Shown: positions 10,209-19,878, counted from the whole stretch's first letter. The stretch: DNA of 63,947 bases, filler included, from an uncultured bacterium (GCA_964449065.1; 3 parts of 3 records of this genome joined end to end with filler, not necessarily neighbours in it), one strand, 5' to 3'. The notes: generated by a model not told the origin, from the letters alone. Translations and numbers: made by a program.

Positions 10209-11159
10209 ATGAAGTCTATTGCCGTTTGTATTGTTTTTATGATTGCAGTATTACAAATTACGCCGGCTCAAACAAATCCATTCAATATAACAGAAGTTGA
10301 AACGGAATCGTTGGAAAATGTGTATCAATATACAGAGCGGGTATACAGCGGTTCGGTTCCGGCGGAAGAGGAAGACTTTAAGCAGCTCAGTGAATTCGGT
10401 ATTCAAACCATCCTGAGTGTGGATGGAGCGAGACCGAATCTGGAATTGGCCAACCAATACGGCATGCGCTATGTGCATGTGCCGGTGCGGTATAGCGGCA
10501 TCGAGGATCAAGAATCGCAGATTATCGCCAAGGCCATCCGGGATCTTTCCGCCCCGATTTATGTGCATTGCCATCACGGCAAACACCGCGGCCCCACCGC
10601 CGCCGCGCTTGGATTGGTGCTGCTGGGTGAGTGGGACAACCAAACCGCGATCAAAGCGATGGTTGAAACCGGCACCGGGAGACAGTATGTGGGATTATAC
10701 CGGAATGTAGACGGCGCTGCCAAATTGGACGATGCATTCTTTGATCAACTGGATGCCGCGTTTCCAGAAGAAGTGCCTGTGCCGCCGATGGTGGAAGAAA
10801 TGGTGGAAATACAGAAAGTGTATGATCAATTAAAACACATTCAAACAAACAACTGGCGGGTCCGTCCCGGACAAAATGAAACCCGTCCGGATTATCTAGC
10901 ATTGCAGTTGCGCGAGTTGGCGTATGAGTTTCGCCGCAGCGGGGCAGGGAAAGACAAAAACACGCAGTTTCGATCGATGGTGACGGCGATTGAAACCGCG
11001 GCGGAATCGTTGGAAAAAGAGTTGCGTGAATGGCAGCCGAATACCTTGGATGAGGAAGCGCCCAAGAAGTTCGACGGATACATGAACCGCATTACCCGGT
11101 CATGCACGTCATGTCATATTCTCTACCGCAATTCACCCAACGCGGCTTCGATGGATTAA
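10209..11159 (+). CDS. Secreted CX5R phosphatase-like domain fused to a C-terminal c-type heme domain
   Basis: Signal peptide; VHCHHGKHRG (HCX5R); helical C-terminal region ending in CTSCH. Confidence 0.7.
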   Translation: MKSIAVCIVFMIAVLQITPAQTNPFNITEVETESLENVYQYTERVYSGSVPAEEEDFKQLSEFGIQTILSVDGARPNLELANQYGMRYVHVPVRYSGIEDQESQIIAKAIRDLSAPIYVHCHHGKHRGPTAAALGLVLLGEWDNQTAIKAMVETGTGRQYVGLYRNVDGAAKLDDAFFDQLDAAFPEEVPVPPMVEEMVEIQKVYDQLKHIQTNNWRVRPGQNETRPDYLALQLRELAYEFRRSGAGKDKNTQFRSMVTAIETAAESLEKELREWQPNTLDEEAPKKFDGYMNRITRSCTSCHILYRNSPNAASMD

Positions 11160-11224
11160 ACACAAGAAATGAATCCATATTTCATATTGTTGCGCATTCG
11201 AATCATGTGTATACTCTAATTATT

Positions 11225-11491
11225 ATGCCAAATATGCAATCCAAACCATATAAACGAATCAATGTTATTTTGCCGGAACAAACTATCGATATGCTTGACC
11301 GCATTGCCGGCAAAGAAAACCGTAGTCAGTTCATTGAAACGGCAGTTCATTTTTATGCCGATCAAAACGGGAAGGGCAATCTGCTGAAATTGCTAAAAGA
11401 AGGAGCCATTGCTCACGCCCAAAGGGACCTTGCTTTAAGTGAAGAATGGTTTGATTTGGAAGAAGAGGCATGCCAAGCCAAAGACATGTAA
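11225..11491 (+). CDS. RHH/CopG antitoxin (MazE/EndoAI-like)
   Basis: KRINVILP...NRSQFI RHH pattern; overlaps the MazF-like gene; start trimmed to ATG 11225. Confidence 0.8.
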   Translation: MPNMQSKPYKRINVILPEQTIDMLDRIAGKENRSQFIETAVHFYADQNGKGNLLKLLKEGAIAHAQRDLALSEEWFDLEEEACQAKDM

Positions 11492-11841
11492 AACATCCCA
11501 AACGCGGTGAAATATACCTCGTCAACTTTGATCCAACGATTGGTTCTGAAATCAAAAAGACTCGTCCGGCTGTCATTCTCCAAAACGATGTGGCAAATCA
11601 ATATAGTCCGATTACCAAAGTGGCGGCAATTTCATCACAATTCGGCGAAACGATGTATCCAACTGAAGTTATGTTGGTACCGGAAGAATCCGGACTGGAT
11701 AGGCAAGCCGTCGTGCTGCTTAACCAAATCCGATCCGTTGACAAGAAGCGATTGATCAAGAAACTTGGAAGATTGAAACCGGACACGGTGAAGCAAATCG
11801 AACAAGCGTTACTAATCAGTTGTGGGGTTTTAGATTTTTAG
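11470..11841 (+). CDS. mazF: PemK/MazF-family endoribonuclease toxin
   Basis: RGEIYLVNFDPTIGSEIKKTRPAVILQND...QIRSVDKKRL. Confidence 0.9.
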   Translation: MPSQRHVKHPKRGEIYLVNFDPTIGSEIKKTRPAVILQNDVANQYSPITKVAAISSQFGETMYPTEVMLVPEESGLDRQAVVLLNQIRSVDKKRLIKKLGRLKPDTVKQIEQALLISCGVLDF

Positions 11842-12491
11842 CGTATTGGCTTGAGTTTATAAACTTTTTCAAAATCTTTATTTTCATGAAACCGCAAAAT
11901 CAAATCACCGCCATACAATGAAACGGTGCTTTCAATACCTCGAAGATGGTAGTTATTAAAAACATATTCTTCTGCAATTTTTAAGAAAGAAATATCCACG
12001 CGATTCAGCTCATTTTCTAAGAAAGTTTGAAGCGCCATTCCGGTTCCGTCTTTTTGAAAATGAATGTATCCAATTTGCATACCCGCTTTTACAATCTTGC
12101 TTTCACCCCATTCATCAGAATTCAGGTCAATCGATTCTAGAATTACATATATTTCATGATGACTCTTTTCTTGAATTGTAACGGTTAGATTCCTTAATGG
12201 TTGCGATCTGTCGGGCTTATAAACATCTACAATAGTACCATCAATGGGAGAGTAAACTTCGACTTCTTTTTCTATTTGATATTCCTCAAAAGGAAGGTAA
12301 ACGAGTCTTTGTATTCTCTTTTCTAAACGGTCATCGTAAACACACTGCGCTTTGATAGTTTTAATTTTGTTCAGCTCAATGCAGTCATGTTTCACAACGG
12401 TAGTAACCAATGGTTGGTTATCTCCTTCACTACAACCCCATAGAATAAAAACTGATATACCTAATGATAGAATTAAACTATTTCGTTTCAT
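11838..12491 (-). CDS. Hypothetical lipoprotein with degenerate M23-like/hybrid-motif region
   Basis: Start reassigned to MKRNS (12491); lipobox-like LWGC; VYSPIDGTIV and VKAGMQIG segments. Confidence 0.55.
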   Translation of the reverse strand: MKRNSLILSLGISVFILWGCSEGDNQPLVTTVVKHDCIELNKIKTIKAQCVYDDRLEKRIQRLVYLPFEEYQIEKEVEVYSPIDGTIVDVYKPDRSQPLRNLTVTIQEKSHHEIYVILESIDLNSDEWGESKIVKAGMQIGYIHFQKDGTGMALQTFLENELNRVDISFLKIAEEYVFNNYHLRGIESTVSLYGGDLILRFHENKDFEKVYKLKPIR

Positions 12492-12813
12492 TTTTCTCTT
12501 CCAAACTTTCTTCAAATTCAATATAGTCTTCAAACGAATATTTTTCTTCGGGGCGGACGAACAGCCATACGATGTGGGTGATGATAGGTAAAAAGCAGCA
12601 GAACATCGAGACCAAAAAGACAGAAACACCCCGCACTTCGGCATCATAACTCACACAGAAGACAGATACGATATAAGCGATGGCGGTCACCAGGATCAAA
12701 AAGTCATAGAGCAAATCAAAATTGCCCGCTTCTTTTCCAGCAGCGTACAGCGCGACGATCATCAGGATAAGCATGATGAGGGATAGGATTATTTGCTGCA
12801 TCCATTTCGGCAT
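12478..12813 (-). CDS. Small hypothetical membrane protein (about 3 TM)
   Basis: Three hydrophobic stretches and an acidic tail; overlaps the next gene's start. Confidence 0.55.
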   Translation of the reverse strand: MPKWMQQIILSLIMLILMIVALYAAGKEAGNFDLLYDFLILVTAIAYIVSVFCVSYDAEVRGVSVFLVSMFCCFLPIITHIVWLFVRPEEKYSFEDYIEFEESLEEKNETK

Positions 12814-12847
12814 GGTTCATTTCAATTCTTTTTTTCGTTCGTCGTGG

Positions 12848-12875
12848 GTAGGGGCACGTTGCAAAGTGCCCCTAC
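12848..12875. repeat. GTAG-type REP palindrome
   Basis: GTAGGGGCAC-N8-GTGCCCCTAC perfect 10-bp inverted repeat. Confidence 0.7.
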
Positions 12876-13139
12876 TACGTTCGTGTTCCATTTTAATTCC
12901 AAATCAGGATAGTTTCATTCTTGTAAAATTGAATGTATGGCATCCGCTAATTCTTTCGCGTATTGCGCGCCGGTCAAGAGTATGCGGTGTTCCCGTTGGT
13001 CACTTTGTTCTTACTATCAATGAAGTAGCGATCTTTAACGTATTCGTTTCTGCAACACGTGGTCACAAGTTCTTCTGTTCTTTGGGCATCCGTCTCCAAT
13101 TTGAGGGAGAAACGGTTTTACTTTTTCAGGCGGATTCCC

Positions 13140-15971
13140 TTAATTCACGGAACTGAATGCTTTATGGCCCTGTTGCCCTAATTCGGCAGAAAAATGGGTT
13201 GTCGTTCCATCCGTGAAATGTATTGTGCATTTCACCGATGTGCCTGTTGGAATGTAATGGCCGTTTATGGTACCGAAAATATTGTCATAAGGATTGCCAA
13301 TAAACACTCGCAAGAATTGTGGTGAGTTGATTGCTAAATATGTATCAGGATTGCTTTCATCCAGATAGGCCGTTTTCCCGGATGAGGTTTCAAGGGTGTA
13401 TTTCCAATGATTGGGTTGGCTGGACCATACATTATTGGATTCTTTCAGCGCTTCAGGATATTGCTCTTTTAGCAGAATATTCTTAATTGTTTTGCCTATA
13501 TGCTCCGAACCGAGAAATATTCCGAATTCTAAATCCAGTTCATTATCCGGTTGATAATCGTAAGTTCCAACCCTATTGTTCATAAAACCCGCATACCAGA
13601 TGTAAGAATTTGTGTTGTTAGAGAAATAGTAAACAAAGAAAAGACCAAGCCATACACTTATTACAATTCCAAGCGCAATGTATTTTGTTGAATTGGATGC
13701 AAATTGATCGATTGATTTGCAAAAGTTGAATAGAAAGAAATTCGAAAAGAATAAGCATAAAAACAAGAAGGCGCATGAAAGATAGCTTACCAAATACGAT
13801 ATAGAATCAACCCATTCAGTTTCATATACGAATTCTAACGTTCCATTATCCGCAAGAACGCTGATATATCGTCCGGCATCAAACGACTCGTTTTTGTCGA
13901 TATGTTCATGGATGGGAATTTCCGTTCCATTCAAATAAGCATGCCATTTGCGGAAACGCGAAATGCCGATTCTCAGCCACTCTTTATGATTGAGATTTGT
14001 TACTTTTAACCGCAAATACCCGTACTTTTGCGATTCGACTTGAAAACGGCCGGATGTTTCCTGTACCCAGTTTACCGGTTTTGTCTGTGAGTAGCGGCTA
14101 TGTTCAAGAAGAGTCATATTTCCAAGTTGTTGGAGGATATTTACCTGAGTAACGTTTTGAAGAACCGTATAAAATTCGCCGAACGTCAGCGAATATTTCA
14201 TGGATGAATAGGTCGAATTCAGTGGCTCATAATGCATCGCGCGTGTGGTTAGCAGCATGGTAGGCGTGTAATTGGATGGCACGATGGCATATCCATATCG
14301 AATAGGGATGATACATTCATATTGTGTGGATTGAATGCCGATTCTCTCATGGCAAAAGGGAAGAAAGAAGCTGGAAGTGTTGTGGGCGCGAGAGGGGAGT
14401 GAAGATAACAGTTTTTCGGTATCGGCTGCATTAGGTAGATTTTGGATGGACGCGTTGATTTCGCGTTGTTCCAGGTTGGTAAATTCAAACCGGTAGTTTT
14501 CAATGAGCATTCTCAATACATACAGACAGGGCAATAGAATAAGGGAAAGGATCAATACAACGGCGGATATATTTATTGAACGCCATTTCGAAAGCGGTCC
14601 ATGCAAATAGTTTTTTTGAACCGCTCTTAAAAATTGAAAGAACGTTTGTAGTGGAATTTGCAGTAAAGCGCCTGCCAACATGAATCCACATAGTTTTGCG
14701 TAGACGGAAAATCGAAATAAAGGTATATGTTGAATGAAATTGGAATAGATTTCGGAATAGAACCAAAATTGAAAAATGTTTTGGTTGGTAAATAGAAAAA
14801 ACCAATACAGCAGGGATAGTGAAAGGATTGCGCGGTTTTTGCTGAATAAACCCCATATCGAACCGGCAATGCCTACCGCGATAAAAATAGGAGGAGTGTT
14901 TGGAAAAAGGGTGCTGTTAAGTATATGGTGTCCCAGCATTTCAGTTGCTTGTGAATTCGTGCCGAATGGCAGGATCCATTCTTTATTGAACGCGAAAGGA
15001 ATCCACCACCAAGCCGACAATCCATATCCAATGAAGACCAATAGCCAGCCCCAAGAAACCGGACTGATTTTCTCTTTATCCGCCATGAAATTGTGTACAA
15101 CACTTATCAGCAAAAACGAAATGCCGAGACTGACCAGAGCAATAGAGTGTGAAATGACCGCAGCCGCGATGGTTAAAGGTAACAACAAAGATATGATTTT
15201 AGCGTGTTGTTCGGTTTGGAGGATTTTGATAAAAAAGAACACCGAAAGAACCCAAAATCCATTGCTCAGCGCCATCGGTCCCATACCGATTGAAAACACT
15301 TCTTTCCAGCCGGACAGGCCGATGCTCCCTGGATCAAAATAGGTAAAACACAATGCGATAAATCCTGCTGGAATCCCAAAAAGCATACGTGAGGTTACAT
15401 ACAGTCCCCCCAACAGAATAAACCAAGTGGTGAAAACAGATGCTGTATACGCGGTATAAATATCCAGCGCAAAGAGTGATACAAGGCGTATCAAAAAACA
15501 CAACAGCGCGTAACCGGGAGGGTATAAATCATTCAGCGGAATTCCAGCGCCGACGGCTGATGTCCAGGGGAGGAGGGTTCCCAATTTCCGTATAGCGTTT
15601 TCGGTTAAAAACGCTCTCAAATTGTGCGTGGAGTGGTCATACGTTAATAAGAAATCCCCGTTTAATAGAAAGCCATAATGATAAAAGCTAAGGGAAATGA
15701 AGGTGAACGGTACGAACGACTCTTTGATAACTGACTGTACGAAAGAGGGAAGCATTGTCCAAATAGGCAAACCATACCGCAAAACCAACAATCCTAGAGA
15801 AATTGTCAATAGTGAATAAAACCAACAGCGGTAAAAGAATGTGTGTGGAACCTGAAGTTGTAAATCACGTTCCGCAAATGAAGCCAAAAAAAACAAAGGG
15901 ATCAATACCAGAATAAAGAGTAAAAAATCGGTTTTATATCGTTTACAATAATCTATATATAAAGGCATCAT
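13140..15971 (-). CDS. Large multi-TM GT-C/YfhO-like membrane protein (PTPS-related membrane domain)
   Basis: More than 10 TM helices; DHSTH...W...GAGIPLNDLYPPG loop motif; soluble C-terminal domains; AT-rich. Confidence 0.65.
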   Translation of the reverse strand: MMPLYIDYCKRYKTDFLLFILVLIPLFFLASFAERDLQLQVPHTFFYRCWFYSLLTISLGLLVLRYGLPIWTMLPSFVQSVIKESFVPFTFISLSFYHYGFLLNGDFLLTYDHSTHNLRAFLTENAIRKLGTLLPWTSAVGAGIPLNDLYPPGYALLCFLIRLVSLFALDIYTAYTASVFTTWFILLGGLYVTSRMLFGIPAGFIALCFTYFDPGSIGLSGWKEVFSIGMGPMALSNGFWVLSVFFFIKILQTEQHAKIISLLLPLTIAAAVISHSIALVSLGISFLLISVVHNFMADKEKISPVSWGWLLVFIGYGLSAWWWIPFAFNKEWILPFGTNSQATEMLGHHILNSTLFPNTPPIFIAVGIAGSIWGLFSKNRAILSLSLLYWFFLFTNQNIFQFWFYSEIYSNFIQHIPLFRFSVYAKLCGFMLAGALLQIPLQTFFQFLRAVQKNYLHGPLSKWRSINISAVVLILSLILLPCLYVLRMLIENYRFEFTNLEQREINASIQNLPNAADTEKLLSSLPSRAHNTSSFFLPFCHERIGIQSTQYECIIPIRYGYAIVPSNYTPTMLLTTRAMHYEPLNSTYSSMKYSLTFGEFYTVLQNVTQVNILQQLGNMTLLEHSRYSQTKPVNWVQETSGRFQVESQKYGYLRLKVTNLNHKEWLRIGISRFRKWHAYLNGTEIPIHEHIDKNESFDAGRYISVLADNGTLEFVYETEWVDSISYLVSYLSCAFLFLCLFFSNFFLFNFCKSIDQFASNSTKYIALGIVISVWLGLFFVYYFSNNTNSYIWYAGFMNNRVGTYDYQPDNELDLEFGIFLGSEHIGKTIKNILLKEQYPEALKESNNVWSSQPNHWKYTLETSSGKTAYLDESNPDTYLAINSPQFLRVFIGNPYDNIFGTINGHYIPTGTSVKCTIHFTDGTTTHFSAELGQQGHKAFSSVN

Positions 15972-16051
15972 TCTATTTATTTTCTATAGAGTTTGCTTAA
16001 ACTATATCCACTTTCATTCGAAATGTCAGCATGATATAGGGTTTTAAAAAA

Positions 16052-16945
16052 TTACTGGAGCAGCCCGTTTTCCAGGAGGAAGTTCTTGGCGGCTTCGAAG
16101 GGGGAGACTTTGCCGGAATCGACCGAGAGGTTTAATTGCTGCATGGTTTGGCGGCCGATTTTGTTGTGGAGGAGTTCCAATGTTTCTTTAAGGGCGGGGA
16201 AGCGCTTCAACGCGTCATTTCTCACTACTGGTGCCGCATCATACGGTGGAAAAAAACTCTTGTCGTCTTCCAGAACTTGCAAGTTATACTCAAGAATTCG
16301 CCCATCCGTCGCAAACGCGCTGATCAGATCCACTTCATTCTCGTAAATGGCTGAGTACATCAATCCAGGGTCCAAATCGGTGACTTGGCCAAATGCAAAG
16401 CCATAATGCTCTCTAAACAGAGGGTATCCATCCTGCCGTTCGGAAAACTCCGCCGTGAAGCCGGCGTGCAATTCATCCGCCCTTGGCTGCAAATCGCTAA
16501 TTGTGTTCCAGTTGCTGGCATTGGCGTCATCTTGCCGGACGGTGATGGCATAGGTATTATCGAAACCAAACGGCGGCAGCCATGTGCATTGAAACTCGCT
16601 TTGATACGCTTCCCGAACATGACGTAAGGTTTGTTCGGAAGACAGGATTTCATCTTTGCCTAAAACACTGATGTAGCCGGTTCCGGTGTATTCGGGGTAA
16701 AGGTCAATGCGGTTGTTCACCAATGCTTGGTGGCAGATCATGGTGCCGCCCAGGTTCATAATTTTTTCGACGGGGATATCGGTTTTGGCTTCAATCAACA
16801 ATGCCATCATTTCACCAAGAATCATCTGTTCGGTGTAGTTTTTGCTGCCGATGCGCAAGACATTCTCAGAAGAACAGCCGCTTATAATGAGTGAAGAAAT
16901 AACAAGAAAAATCAATCCAATTGAATGTATCAAATGCTTAAACAT
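16052..16945 (-). CDS. Glycine betaine/choline ABC transporter substrate-binding lipoprotein (OpuCC/OsmF-like)
   Basis: Lipobox ISGC, GSKNYTEQ, YPEYTGT, GFDNTY, FFPPYDA; TAATG overlap with permease stop. Confidence 0.9.
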   Translation of the reverse strand: MFKHLIHSIGLIFLVISSLIISGCSSENVLRIGSKNYTEQMILGEMMALLIEAKTDIPVEKIMNLGGTMICHQALVNNRIDLYPEYTGTGYISVLGKDEILSSEQTLRHVREAYQSEFQCTWLPPFGFDNTYAITVRQDDANASNWNTISDLQPRADELHAGFTAEFSERQDGYPLFREHYGFAFGQVTDLDPGLMYSAIYENEVDLISAFATDGRILEYNLQVLEDDKSFFPPYDAAPVVRNDALKRFPALKETLELLHNKIGRQTMQQLNLSVDSGKVSPFEAAKNFLLENGLLQ

Positions 16946-17583
16946 TAACTTTCCTTCCATGAAATGCGTTTTTCGATCCAGCCGATGGTCCAGTCGATGA
17001 TGAGTGCCATGATGGCTGCCGGTACCGCGCCAAGAATGATGAGTCTGGTGTTATTCAGACTTAGCCCACTCACAATGAAATCGCCTAATCCTCCGGCGCC
17101 GATTAGCGCTGAAAGTGTGGCGATGCCCACGCAGATAACCGCTGAGGTACGGATTCCCGCAATCATCACGGGGGCGGCCAGCGGCAGTTCTATGATCCAT
17201 AATTTTTGCGCGGATGAAAAGCCCAAGCCTTCGGCGGTTTGCAAAACCGGTTTGGGAATTTCCGCGATTCCTGTGTAGGTGTTTCGGATGATTGGCAGTA
17301 AAGCATATAAGGTCAGCGAAGTGATCGCCGGCGTGGCTCCGATTCCTAACAGAGGTAGCAACAAAGCCAATATCGCCAGACTGGGAATGGTTTGAATGGT
17401 ATTGGCAAGGGGGATAATCATATTGCGCAGCCAGACGGAACGGTACGCAAGGATGCCCAATGGAATGCCAATCGCAACGGCGATCAGCACGGAAACACCG
17501 GTAAGAAACAAATGTTCGATGGTGTTGTCGAGCAGGTCGTGTCTGCGTTCGTAGACAAATTGTAGAAAAGACAGGTCGTTCAT
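16945..17583 (-). CDS. Osmoprotectant ABC transporter permease (OpuCB/CD-like)
   Basis: QTIPSLA, LLPIIRNTY, IELPLA, IGAGGLG. Confidence 0.9.
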   Translation of the reverse strand: MNDLSFLQFVYERRHDLLDNTIEHLFLTGVSVLIAVAIGIPLGILAYRSVWLRNMIIPLANTIQTIPSLAILALLLPLLGIGATPAITSLTLYALLPIIRNTYTGIAEIPKPVLQTAEGLGFSSAQKLWIIELPLAAPVMIAGIRTSAVICVGIATLSALIGAGGLGDFIVSGLSLNNTRLIILGAVPAAIMALIIDWTIGWIEKRISWKES

Positions 17584-17622
17584 GATTTTTCCATTCCCCA
17601 TTACAAAAGGGGATATTGACCA

Positions 17623-18372
17623 TCAATTGCTGAACAGTTCAACTTGGTTTTGGAATGTACGCAATAGGTTTTTGATATATTCCGATTGCGGATTATGGCT
17701 GAGTTCCTGCCGGGTGCCGATTTGTTCAATACGCCCTTGATTCATCACGGCGATGCGGGTTCCAAGTTTGAAGGCTTCAAAGAGGTCGTGGGTTACGAAA
17801 ACGATGGCTTTGGAGACTTTCTCTTGGATTGATACGAACTCATCTTGCAGGGCAACACGGGTGATGGTGTCTAACGCGCCGAAGGGTTCATCCATAAGCA
17901 AATAATCCGGGTCCGTGGCCAAGGCACGGGCCACGCCGATCCGTTGCTGCTGTCCGCCGGAAAGTTGGTGGGGCATACGGTCTTCGTATTCATCCGACGG
18001 CAGGTGGATTAACTCCATCAACTCGCGGGCGCGTTTACGCTGTTCTTGTTTTGAAGCACCGATGAGGCGTAAGGGGATGCTGATGTTTTCGCTGACGGTC
18101 ATGTGGGGAAGCAGGCCGGTTTCTTGAAACACGTACCCGATATGGCGCCGGAGTTGGATGGGATCTTGATCGAGGATGTTGGTCCCGTCGATTTCAATGG
18201 TTCCCTCAGTCATATCAATTAAGCGGTTGATCATCTTCATGGTCGTCGTTTTTCCGCAACCCGATGTCCCCACCAGAACGAGGAGTTCACCGGGCTGCAC
18301 TTCAAACGAGACCTGATCGACCGCTCGTGTGCCGTCAGGAAATACTTTGCTGACATTATTCAGCGAAATCAT
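17623..18372 (-). CDS. Osmoprotectant ABC transporter ATP-binding protein (OpuCA-like, no CBS tail)
   Basis: GTSGCGKTT, LSGGQQQR, LLMDEPFGALD, FVTHD. Confidence 0.92.
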   Translation of the reverse strand: MISLNNVSKVFPDGTRAVDQVSFEVQPGELLVLVGTSGCGKTTTMKMINRLIDMTEGTIEIDGTNILDQDPIQLRRHIGYVFQETGLLPHMTVSENISIPLRLIGASKQEQRKRARELMELIHLPSDEYEDRMPHQLSGGQQQRIGVARALATDPDYLLMDEPFGALDTITRVALQDEFVSIQEKVSKAIVFVTHDLFEAFKLGTRIAVMNQGRIEQIGTRQELSHNPQSEYIKNLLRTFQNQVELFSN

Positions 18373-18378
18373 AGATGA

Positions 18379-19194
18379 TTACGAGGCTTCTTGAATCATG
18401 GATTCAGGAATGTCTTTCAGTTTGCGTCCCACATACGCGAAATACGGCAATGGAGTTTGATTCGTGCTCAAGCGGTGGCGGTATTCTTTTTTGGCACAGA
18501 CTTCAAAGATGCCGTCTTCTTCCATGCGGTGTATCATGCGTTGAAAGCCGGTGGAATCGCTTTTATTGACAAAATCGTTCTTGATGTTAAACGCGATCCA
18601 CCCATTGTTTTTTACGAAATTAAAGCCTTTTGCATACGCTCTCGGCGGAATGTCATCGAATCCCAATGCCGCGACTGTGACCATTGCATTGATTTTGTAT
18701 TCCCGTATTTTCTCTTCTACTTCTTCCGGAACATTGGTGAGATCCACCGTGAAATAATCCGTGTAGACATCCGGCCGGTCACGGTAAGCCGCGATTTTTG
18801 CTTCCATGATAATATCGGAACCAATGATGTTTTCGATGCCCATTGTTTTCATTTCTTCCGCAACCATCCCGTTGCCGGCCCCGATCTCAAATACCGTCAA
18901 ATCGGAAGGCAGAATACCTTTGTCTTCCAATTGATCTAAAAGCAATTGACAGACAACTTTTGGTGAACAGCACTCCAACTCTTGATAGAAAATCCGTTCA
19001 TACAGTCCAGGGATGGCATAAATTTCGTTGTAATCATGAAAGCGAAATTTACGGGTGATCCCATCCATGGTAACAAAGCAAAATTCTTTGTCTTGCGAAA
19101 TCGTGTCTTCCAAATCAGGAAATTCCACCTCAATCGTACCGGATAAAATGTCCTCTAATGGTTCTACTGTATTCATTTTGTTTGAAGTTACCAT
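18379..19194 (-). CDS. Class I SAM-dependent methyltransferase
   Basis: FEIGAGNG motif I; 6 nt from the ABC ATPase start. Confidence 0.8.
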   Translation of the reverse strand: MVTSNKMNTVEPLEDILSGTIEVEFPDLEDTISQDKEFCFVTMDGITRKFRFHDYNEIYAIPGLYERIFYQELECCSPKVVCQLLLDQLEDKGILPSDLTVFEIGAGNGMVAEEMKTMGIENIIGSDIIMEAKIAAYRDRPDVYTDYFTVDLTNVPEEVEEKIREYKINAMVTVAALGFDDIPPRAYAKGFNFVKNNGWIAFNIKNDFVNKSDSTGFQRMIHRMEEDGIFEVCAKKEYRHRLSTNQTPLPYFAYVGRKLKDIPESMIQEAS

Positions 19195-19283
19195 AGCAAC
19201 CCTCTCTTTCTAAGTTTTAGTTTGGTGTAGTATTTAGTTGCTTTTTTTTGTATAGTTTATGTATAATTTTAATATAGTTATTG

Positions 19284-19784
19284 TTAAATCTCAGAATCAT
19301 CTTCTTGCAGTGGGCCAGCGTATAAAATTGGAGCCGCTTCAATATCTTTCGCCTCCATCATGGATGCAATCCGTTGCAGCGAAGCGAGCAGACTGGTTTG
19401 TTCCCAATCCTGCAATTTATCCATCTCATTTAAAAAGCGTTCTTGCAGTAGAGACGGGGCTTTATCCAACACCTCTTTTCCGGATGCGGTTAAGGTGATG
19501 AAGACCCTTCGTTTATCCAGTTGGCTTTTTGCCCGTTCGACGTACTCTTTTTTTTGCAGGCGGTTCAGCATTTCGGTGATGGTAGCCTGCGAGAGCGAAA
19601 GCCGTTTCGCTAAATCACCGGCCCAGGCATATTCATTTTCACCATTTGCCAGCTCGTGCAGTAACATGAGCTGCGGGCTGGTGATTCCATAATTGCGAAT
19701 CAATTGTTTTGAGTGCAGCTCTATAGCTCTGTTGATGCGCCGAAGTGTAGCCAATACTTCATCGCAAATTGAATTTTGTTTCAT
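19284..19784 (-). CDS. MarR-family regulator, EctR1/CosR-like
   Basis: LRRINRAIELHSK...GITSPQL, SLSQATIT, DKRRV, C-terminal LQDWEQ...LQRIASMM..A.PIL typical of osmolyte regulators. Confidence 0.8.
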   Translation of the reverse strand: MKQNSICDEVLATLRRINRAIELHSKQLIRNYGITSPQLMLLHELANGENEYAWAGDLAKRLSLSQATITEMLNRLQKKEYVERAKSQLDKRRVFITLTASGKEVLDKAPSLLQERFLNEMDKLQDWEQTSLLASLQRIASMMEAKDIEAAPILYAGPLQEDDSEI

Positions 19785-19816
19785 GACGTTTTCTTGTGTT
19801 ATCTTAAACCAACAAT

Positions 19817-19845
19817 ATTATTTAGGGTACGAAGGGTTTTGTCAA
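19817..19845 (-). promoter_or_regulatory. Sigma70-like promoter of the MarR gene with overlapping candidate operator
   Basis: Minus strand TTGACA-N17-AATAAT; overlapped by TATTTAGGGTACGAAG (plus strand 19819-19834). Confidence 0.5.
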
Positions 19846-19878
19846 TAGCAAAATCAAAAAAAGTTCATTTGGCTATTA

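Noticed and set aside
12890..13135. Possible gene remnant on the minus strand and 144-aa plus-strand ORF 12722-13156
   Set aside because: Only short broken frames without a recognisable motif; cannot be supported
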